Assembly: GCF_000195755.1 (NCBI RefSeq)
Contig: NC_002937.3
Coordinates: 1,230,001 to 1,262,000 of the forward strand
Direction: 5' to 3'
Source of the DNA: Nitratidesulfovibrio vulgaris str. Hildenborough
GTDB lineage: Bacteria > Desulfobacterota > Desulfovibrionia > Desulfovibrionales > Desulfovibrionaceae
Length of the DNA: 32,000 nucleotides
The notes under the pieces are model-generated. The model saw only the letters and a list, made by a program, of their open reading frames with translations. It did no database searches and was not told the origin of the DNA. The translations under genes and the position numbers were made by a program. This document shows, piece by piece, positions 26,134-32,000 of the stretch; positions within the stretch are counted from its first letter, which is position 1, and the number at the start of each line of letters is the position of its first letter.

Positions 26134-27138
26134 CTACAGTCCGAAGCGGCCGCCGGTGGTGGGGTAACCGTATATGGAGCCGTCCTTGATCTTGATCTTG
26201 TCTTCCCAGGGCAGGTGGTACTTGCCGGCGGCGAAGTCCTTGACCCAGGTGTAGGGGCAATCCTTGACGCCACCGGGATGAGCGACGTAGCCGCGGGTGC
26301 CCACGTTGAAGATGTTGTTTTCCAGACCCCAGTCGGTGCGAGCCTGGTCGGCCATCTTGGGGAACACTTCGGCGGTGACGATCTCCCACGGGTTGCGATG
26401 GCCCTGTACGAGCGTCGTCCCGTCGAAGTTGCAGACCTGACCTTCACCAAAGTAGTAGAACACGCCATCGTAGCCGGCGAGGTTGACGGCTGCGGTGTAC
26501 ATGAGGTTGTGCCACGCGTTCGAGCGGTTGGTCAGTATCCACTGCTCGTTGACCTGCGTGCTGTAGCCGGAGATGCGGATGTAGACGTTGCAGCCCTTGT
26601 AGGCGGCTTCACGCGCCTGCTCGGGGAACATGCCGTCATGGCAGATGCACAGGGAAAGCTTGCTGCCGCCGGGGCCGTCGCACACGGGCTGGCCCAGATC
26701 GCCGGGCATCCAGGGCTCGATGGGCACCCACGGGTTCAGCTTGCGGTACTTCAGGGCGAGCTCGCCCTTGTTGTTGAAGATGACCGCAGTGTTGTAGGGC
26801 ATCTGGTTCTTGTTGGGGTTGCGTTCCATGATCGAGAACACGCCCCAGACGTCATTTTCCTTGCAGGTCTGGGCGTAACGCTGGAAGAGGGGCTCCTCGA
26901 CATCCATCAGGAACTCTTCGGTGACCCACTTCTTGGTGTTCAGGCCCTGCGTGCTGTATTCGGGCCATACGATGAGATCCATGCCGGGGTAGCCAGCCTT
27001 GGTGGCGGCGGTGGCGGCGCAGATGCGATCGACGCTGGCTTCGATGTCGCGACGGGAGTTGACGATGGGCACAGGGTACTGGACGAGTCCCATCAGCATG
27101 CCTTCACTCGGCTTGTTCATGCTTCCGATGCTTCCCAT
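26134..27138 (-). CDS. amiF: Formamidase (nitrilase superfamily, AmiF type)
   Basis: MGSIGSM...VPIVNSR...[22 protein letters not shown]...[14 protein letters not shown]...[10 protein letters not shown]...[25 protein letters not shown]...[16 protein letters not shown] is nearly colinear with the remembered H. pylori AmiF. The ATG at 27138 has the RBS GGAGGAA. Confidence 0.95.
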
Positions 27139-27230
27139 GGTGATTCCTCCGAAAGTTTGCACGGTTGATCAGAGTGTTCAGGAATTTTCAGGAACAGTCG
27201 TGACTGGCCAGTCATCTTGCTTTCGGAGAT

Positions 27231-27246
27231 AGCGACAAGTGTGCCA
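27231..27246 (-). promoter_or_regulatory. Sigma-54 promoter of amiF
   Basis: The minus strand reads TGGCACACTTGTCGCT. It lies about 90 nt upstream of the amiF ATG. Confidence 0.7.
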
Positions 27247-27310
27247 AATGCAGACATGCATCTATGATTTTGATATTTATGATTGTTTTGCTTGTCGTGT
27301 CAGTTGGGGG

Positions 27311-27330
27311 GCCACAACGTGGTTTGTGGC
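27311..27330. promoter_or_regulatory. Candidate UAS palindrome (proximal)
   Basis: GCCACAACGTGGTTTGTGGC has perfect 7-bp arms. Its centre lies 76 bp upstream of the -24 GG. Confidence 0.55.
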
Positions 27331-27377
27331 AGGGCATGGGGAATAGCGGAGACTGGCACTACACAAGCCCTCGGCGC

Positions 27378-27396
27378 TCACAACGACTTTTGTGGG
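27378..27396. promoter_or_regulatory. Candidate UAS palindrome (distal)
   Basis: TCACAACGACTTTTGTGGG. Its centre lies 66 bp from the proximal site. Confidence 0.5.
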
Positions 27397-27612
27397 ATGC
27401 AGGGAGTTGGTTGGAGACCTGGTGGCAGTCCTGTCTGCGTTGCAAAGGGACGGGGTCGATGTGGAGAAAGATGCAGGAATCGCCTGTAGCGGTGGTGGGT
27501 TGCCGAGGTGCGGCGCAAGGCTGTTGAAGGCATCCCCTTGCGCTGTCTGTGGTTGGTGCGGCAACGAGGGCGCAGGGCAGCCGGTATCGCCGGGCAATCT
27601 TTGCAACCGGCG

Positions 27613-27641
27613 TGACAGGATGGCCCGGATATATCTATAAT
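27613..27641 (+). promoter_or_regulatory. Possible sigma-70 promoter for ndh
   Basis: TGACAG, a 17-bp spacer, then TATAAT. It lies about 170 nt upstream of the ndh ATG. Confidence 0.35.
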
Positions 27642-27809
27642 CCGATCGTATGCCGGTAGTGGTGTCCGCTGCAGGGGCGGGGAACGGTTCTTTTGTGCGG
27701 CAGGGTGCCACTGGAATCGTGCACACGGCGGGCACAGGGCCCTGATACTGCATCGGGCAGGCATAGGGCAGGGGCATGGCAGGTACATCCGTCGTCAGGC
27801 AGGTCGGGC

Positions 27810-29129
27810 ATGGACAAAGCGCGTGTTGTGGTGGTCGGGGCCGGTTTCGCCGGGTTGTGGGTGGTGCGTCGTCTCGCGTCGGAGAAGGATGTGGAGGTGA
27901 TGTTGCTGGACAGGCACAACTACCACACCTTTCTCCCGCTGCTGTATCAGGTGGCGGCGGCGGAACTTGAGCCGGAACAGATAGCCTATCCCCTGCGGGG
28001 CATATGCCGCAGGCATTCCAACGTGCGGCTTGCCGTGACGGAGGTGCGGGGCATCGACACCGCCCGCAAGCTGGTTCGCGCCGACGGTCTGGATATTCCC
28101 TATGACTATCTGGTTGTCGCGGCGGGTAGCCGCACCGCCTATTTCGGGGTGCCGGGCGCAGAGGAGCATTCCTTCAGCCTTAAGACGCTGGAGGAGGCTG
28201 TCTGCCTTCGCAATCAGATCATCAGTTGCTTCGAGCAGGCCGCGCTGGAGTCCGACCCTGAACGGCGACGGGCGATGCTGACCTTCACCGTCGTGGGCGG
28301 CGGTCCCACCGGGGTAGAGTACGCCGGGGCGCTGGCTGAACTTGTGCGCGCCCCGCTGCGCAAGGATTTTCCCGAACTGGACATGAACGAGGTACGTGTG
28401 GTGCTGCTTGAGGCCGCACCGGGGGTTCTGGGGGGATTTCCCGAACGGTTGAGAGGTTATGCGAAGAAGCGGCTGGGGGCGATGGGCGTCGACGTGCGCC
28501 TTGATGCCAGTGTCGCCGAGGTGACGGCAGCGGGCGTGCTGTTCGCCAGCGGCGAGCATCTGCCCACACATACGGTCGTCTGGACAGCGGGCGTGCGCGG
28601 CGAAGTCGTGGCAGAGCACATGGGGCTGCCACTGGGGCGTGGCGGACGGGTCGCGGTGTTGTCTACGCTTCAGGTCGAAGGGCTGCCGGAGGTGTTCGTG
28701 GTGGGCGACATGTCGTTGCCGGAAGGACAGAACCCGCCCATGAACGCCCCCAACGCCACGCAGCAGGGGCGTCTTGCCGCCGAGAACATCCTCGCCATGC
28801 TTCAGCGGCGCGACCCTGTCCCGTTCCGCTACCGCGACAAGGGGGCCATGGCTACCATCGGGCGTCAGGCGGCTGTGGTGCGGATGGGGAACTTCGCCTT
28901 TTCAGGATTTCTGGCGTGGCTGCTGTGGCTTTTCGTGCACCTTGCGTACCTGATAGGTTTTCGCAACCGGCTCATCGTGCTCATCAACTGGGCATGGGAC
29001 TACCTGTTCTACGAACGGGCTGTGCGGCTCATCCTGCCACGGCGCGGCTGCGGGACGATAGACAGCCGCAAGCGGGAGGCGGCGCAGGGGGCGGGTGACG
29101 CCGACAGGCCGGGGGCGACCTGTTCATAG
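27810..29129 (+). CDS. ndh: Type II NADH dehydrogenase (NDH-2)
   Basis: VVVVGAGFAGL Rossmann motif, HNYHTFLPLLYQVA, and a second dinucleotide fold FTVVGGGPTGVEYAG. The ATG is at 27810; the track start at 27693 is an extension. Confidence 0.9.
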   Translation: MDKARVVVVGAGFAGLWVVRRLASEKDVEVMLLDRHNYHTFLPLLYQVAAAELEPEQIAYPLRGICRRHSNVRLAVTEVRGIDTARKLVRADGLDIPYDYLVVAAGSRTAYFGVPGAEEHSFSLKTLEEAVCLRNQIISCFEQAALESDPERRRAMLTFTVVGGGPTGVEYAGALAELVRAPLRKDFPELDMNEVRVVLLEAAPGVLGGFPERLRGYAKKRLGAMGVDVRLDASVAEVTAAGVLFASGEHLPTHTVVWTAGVRGEVVAEHMGLPLGRGGRVAVLSTLQVEGLPEVFVVGDMSLPEGQNPPMNAPNATQQGRLAAENILAMLQRRDPVPFRYRDKGAMATIGRQAAVVRMGNFAFSGFLAWLLWLFVHLAYLIGFRNRLIVLINWAWDYLFYERAVRLILPRRGCGTIDSRKREAAQGAGDADRPGATCS

Positions 29130-29800
29130 GCGTGATGCTAAGACCTCGGCCCCGTTTCACGCTTTGCTTGCGGGGGGGGACTGACCATGGGGCGCGTGGT
29201 GCGGCGCTGCATGCCACACTGGTTTCGCATCGGGGTTTGCCGCAGGTCTGCTTTGCTGGCGAGATAGGCCTCCGGTGCGGCACGTGTTTTATACAGTCGG
29301 CACGGGGTGCGTGTTGGCTGTGGGGAACCTGTTCGCACGGGGGATGCTCTTCGGAGGTCGTGTGTGCGGTCACGCTGCCCGATGCGTCGTGCGAAGCCGC
29401 CGCGTTGCGCGGTGGTGAAAGAGGGGAAAGCAGGCGGTAGGTCTAACTTGCCGTGCGCGTTGCACCTTTCGTTCGGGTTCTTTCGGCTGCCCTGTTAGGG
29501 AATATGTCCAAAACGGCTCACCTGCCGACCGTCGGCTTTGCAGTGCAGTTCGCCAGTGCCCGTATGCGCGTCAGTCGACGTTCCTGAATGGACTCCGCGG
29601 CGATGTGCAACCTTTTTGATCTTCAATAGTAAACTCATATTTCGGATTTATCTGAGCGCAGGATTTATGTAGATTCACTTTCAGAAGTGTTTTTTTGATA
29701 TTGGTTTTAACTTTTATTGGCAAACATCAAGCAGTATGGGGAATGGCATGTCAGCTTCTGATCCTTTTTATGTGGTCAAAGTATTCTTTTTTTATTTTTA

Positions 29801-30337
29801 ATGAGTATTGTGATTGACGTCTTATCTCTGAGATATGGCAAGTTAAGAATCTGCGAAGACATGAACGCTCTCCAATCTGAAGTCGTGTATATAGGTAAAT
29901 CTCGTGTATTCTGTAGAGTTCAGTATTATTTGACCATGTCTTTTGTCATACCACTAGTTATGATCACATTATATGGGTCGTCACTTTGTGTGTTACTAAA
30001 AGACACATTGCTATGGGGCGCGTTTTCTTTTTCTTTATTGATGATTTTGGTTCTTTCGATAAGAATGATTCTGTGCATGAATATTTCGTGGATTTGCTAC
30101 GGTGATAAGATTGTGTATTGGCGTAAATGGAGCGAGAGATCTTTTAATACATGTGGTTTGGAGGATGTCATAAATTATAGATCATTACCTGGAGTAGGTG
30201 GACATTTGTTTTACTTGGTGGATGGGCGCGTGCTTATTTTTTATAATTTGTATGATAATTTAGAAGATATGTGCAATAAGTCGGGAATTGTTGCGTGGCG
30301 GAAGAAAAATGAAGGGAATTGGCCCTTTTCAAGTTGA
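29801..30337 (+). CDS. Orphan low-GC membrane protein (2 TM plus ~85-aa soluble tail)
   Basis: It is the only long ORF in a ~33% GC segment (about 29612-30334). TM segments are FVIPLVMITLYGSSLCVLL and GAFSFSLLMILVLSIRMIL. The start codon is uncertain. Confidence 0.45.
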   Translation: MSIVIDVLSLRYGKLRICEDMNALQSEVVYIGKSRVFCRVQYYLTMSFVIPLVMITLYGSSLCVLLKDTLLWGAFSFSLLMILVLSIRMILCMNISWICYGDKIVYWRKWSERSFNTCGLEDVINYRSLPGVGGHLFYLVDGRVLIFYNLYDNLEDMCNKSGIVAWRKKNEGNWPFSS

Positions 30338-30524
30338 TGACGAACACCGCCCACACAACACTCAACAACGTGCCGAGAATCTTTCCGGTGGTGGTGCCCA
30401 AGGCCATGAACAGGTCCAGATAGGTGCCCAGCCATACAATCCACGACCCGGATGCCAGCCCCAGTAGCGCAGAAAGCAGAAACACCTCGAATCCGATGAC
30501 CCCGCCTTCGCTGCGGGCGGTCAT
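30234..30524 (-). pseudogene. Truncated second copy of the small membrane-protein gene
   Basis: The first 63 codons are nearly identical to the upstream paralogue. The reading frame then continues into the low-GC insert (NLKRANSLHF...). Confidence 0.55.
30335..30524. repeat. 190-bp direct repeat, copy A
   Basis: About 95% identical to 30637-30826 by eye, offset 302 bp. Confidence 0.9.
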
Positions 30525-30826
30525 CTGAATGGACGCCACCGGTCGTGGGCAAGCTCATGCTTGTACCATGAGATGCCGAAGGCGACGAGTGCGAAGACGA
30601 TGCGGGCCTCATCACTCACCACGCCATCAAGGAGTGTGATGACGAACACCGCCCACACAACACTCAACATCGTGCCGAGAATCTTTCCGGTGGTGGTGCC
30701 AAGGGCCATGAACAGGCCCAGATAGGTGCCCAGCCATACAATCCACGACCCGGATGCCAGCCCCAGTAGCGCAGAAAGCAGAAACACCTCGAACCCGATG
30801 AATCCGCCTTCGCTACGGGCGGTCAT
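30521..30826 (-). CDS. Small 3-TM membrane protein, function unknown
   Basis: MTARSEGGFIGFEVFLLSALLGLASGSWIVWLGTYLGLFMALGTTTGKILG... Alternative starts are at 30835 and 30862. The stop forms an ATGA overlap with the start of the truncated paralogue. Confidence 0.55.
   Translation of the reverse strand: MTARSEGGFIGFEVFLLSALLGLASGSWIVWLGTYLGLFMALGTTTGKILGTMLSVVWAVFVITLLDGVVSDEARIVFALVAFGISWYKHELAHDRWRPFR
30637..30826. repeat. 190-bp direct repeat, copy B
   Basis: Aligns base-for-base with 30335-30524 apart from roughly 9 substitutions. Confidence 0.9.
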
Positions 30827-30976
30827 GGCGACCATGAAAGCCTGTTTGAGACGTTGTGGCATTTCGGTTCCTGCTGTGCCGGATACGGCATGTCGGCATG
30901 ACGTGGCAGGTCGGGGCGGGGTGCGATTGCCAGCCACGTCTGCGAAGAATCAAGCTTCAGTGACCTTGCTTATACC

Positions 30977-31017
30977 GTCATGGCCCGGTGCAGGCAACAC
31001 CGGGCCATGACTCTTTT
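30977..31017. terminator. Perfect 14-bp hairpin downstream of the MCP gene
   Basis: GTCATGGCCCGGTG-CAGGCAA-CACCGGGCCATGAC. The T-run (TCTTTT) is on the plus strand only, so its orientation relative to the minus-strand MCP gene is atypical. Confidence 0.45.
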
Positions 31018-31034
31018 GCATGTATGGCGGATGG

Positions 31035-32000
31035 TTAGCGGCGCATGTCGGTGATGATGCCGTTCAGGGTGCTGATGGTGCCGTGCATATGCTGCACGTT
31101 GCCGGCTGCCTGCCGCATGGCGTTGCGCGTCTCGTCGGCCATGGTACCCATGTCGGCTGCGCTGCGGGCTATCTGTTCCGTAGCCGCGGACTGCTGTTCG
31201 GCCGCGGTGGCGATTTCGGTCACCATACCGCTGGTTGCCCCGGCAAGGTCGACAATGGACTTGAGCGCCTCGTCGGTCCTACCCGCCTGTTCGACGTTGT
31301 TGCGGGTTTCGTCCTCGACGCGCAGGGCAGAGGCGGTGCACCTGCGGGTACCGTCCTGTATGGCGGAGATGGCGTCTGCCACTTCGCGTGTGGCGGATAC
31401 CGTCTTCTCCGCAAGTTTGCGCACCTCGTCGGCGACGACGGAGAATCCCCTGCCCGCCTCGCCCGCACGGGCGGCTTCGATGGCGGCATTGAGGGCCAGC
31501 AGGTTGGTCTGGTCGGCGATGTCGTTGATGATCTTGATGACGTTGCCCACACTGTCGGCCTGCGCGCCCAGTCCGCCAAGTTCACGCCGCATCTCTTCGA
31601 CCAGTTCACGCAGGTTGTTCATGGTGCGGAGCGATTCTGCCACCACCGCAGCACCGTTGTCGGCCTGCTGCTTGGTGTCCTGCGCGTTGTGGGCCGTCCG
31701 GCTTGCATTGTCGGCAATCTCCCTGACCGTGGCGTTGAGTTCCTCGATGGCGACCACCGACTCGGCGATGAACTGGGCCTGACGCTCGCTGCTGCGCCCC
31801 GTCTCGTCGATGTCCGCTGCAAGGGTTCTCATGGTGGCTTCGGCCTCTTCGGAGACTTCGCCAGCCTGACGTGCCGCCGCTTCGATGGTGTCGCGCTGCA
31901 TCTCGACAGCACGTTGCCTGCGATGAAGTTCGGTGACGTCGTTCCAGAAGGTTATGCCGCCGATGATGTCCCCCGAAGCATCGCGGATGGGCATCACGTC
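31035..32000 (-). CDS. Methyl-accepting chemotaxis protein, C-terminal part (N-terminus outside the window)
   Basis: Highly conserved signalling hairpin [38 protein letters not shown]. The end of a PAS-like segment lies at the window edge. Confidence 0.9.
   Translation of the reverse strand, partial: DVMPIRDASGDIIGGITFWNDVTELHRRQRAVEMQRDTIEAAARQAGEVSEEAEATMRTLAADIDETGRSSERQAQFIAESVVAIEELNATVREIADNASRTAHNAQDTKQQADNGAAVVAESLRTMNNLRELVEEMRRELGGLGAQADSVGNVIKIINDIADQTNLLALNAAIEAARAGEAGRGFSVVADEVRKLAEKTVSATREVADAISAIQDGTRRCTASALRVEDETRNNVEQAGRTDEALKSIVDLAGATSGMVTEIATAAEQQSAATEQIARSAADMGTMADETRNAMRQAAGNVQHMHGTISTLNGIITDMRR

Noticed and set aside
24740-26389. 549-aa version of the MFS ORF, together with similar long track ORFs 1221-1766, 1669-2193, 3044-3520, 13020-14264 and 27693-29129
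   Set aside because: The N-terminal extensions are Arg/Pro-rich, overlap upstream genes or terminators, and lack an RBS. The internal ATGs have good Shine-Dalgarno sequences and match the family N-termini.
26215-27168. 317-aa plus-strand ORF
   Set aside because: It is antisense to amiF, which is nearly colinear with known formamidases. It is a shadow ORF.
27755-27812. Four GGCAGG...CAT repeats in the ndh leader
   Set aside because: It is a short G-rich reiteration with irregular spacing. I could not tie it to any known regulatory motif.
27795-28619. 274-aa minus-strand ORF
   Set aside because: It is antisense to the NDH-2 gene. It is Arg/His/Gln/Pro-rich and shows no motif.
29736-29801. 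21-codon upstream ORF overlapping (TAATG) the start of the low-GC orphan gene
   Set aside because: It is too short and AT-rich to distinguish from chance, and I saw no RBS. I kept it only as a note.

Overview
This 32-kb window has a high-GC (roughly 60-65%) background with several low-GC inserts. It looks like a Desulfovibrio-type sulfate reducer: from memory, the 337-aa urea-channel homologue resembles the crystallised D. vulgaris UT protein. This was not verified. All calls come from reading the sequence and the ORF track; no database search was possible.

Four blocks are visible:

1. 1-10344: the immunity, early and lysis part of a Mu-like transposable prophage on the minus strand. It carries a Ner-like protein, a MuA-type DDE transposase, a MuB-type ATPase, Gam, an HU-like protein, a GemA/gp16-like protein and a holin plus lytic transglycosylase. 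A divergent CI/S24-type repressor, an operator repeat array and a Mu L1-like terminal sequence are also present.

2. 10345-17224: a decayed accessory island. It holds three different IS transposase pseudogenes (IS481-like, IS3-like, IS5-like), a ~40% GC MBOAT plus AlgJ/DHHW-type O-acetylation gene pair, and an orphan PEP-CTERM protein gene whose 3' end runs into an IS remnant.

3. 17371-27400: the most interesting part, a sigma-54 two-component locus. It encodes an NtrC-type response regulator and a 1085-aa histidine kinase whose sensor is a 12-TM permease-like domain followed by a Cys-rich cluster. Next to these lie three transcription units: a multi-zinc-ribbon ORF, fmdB plus a UT-family channel, and amiF formamidase plus an OFA-family MFS transporter. 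Each unit is preceded by a TGGCAY-N5-TCGCT sigma-54 promoter and a shared CACAA-N6-TTGTG palindrome. I read this as a previously uncharacterised transceptor-controlled formamide/short-amide uptake and utilisation system with zinc-ribbon accessory proteins.

4. 27810-32000: a type II NADH dehydrogenase, a ~0.7-kb low-GC insertion carrying one orphan membrane-protein gene that truncates the second copy of a tandemly duplicated small membrane-protein gene, and the 3' part of a methyl-accepting chemotaxis protein gene.

No rRNA, tRNA or CRISPR array was seen.
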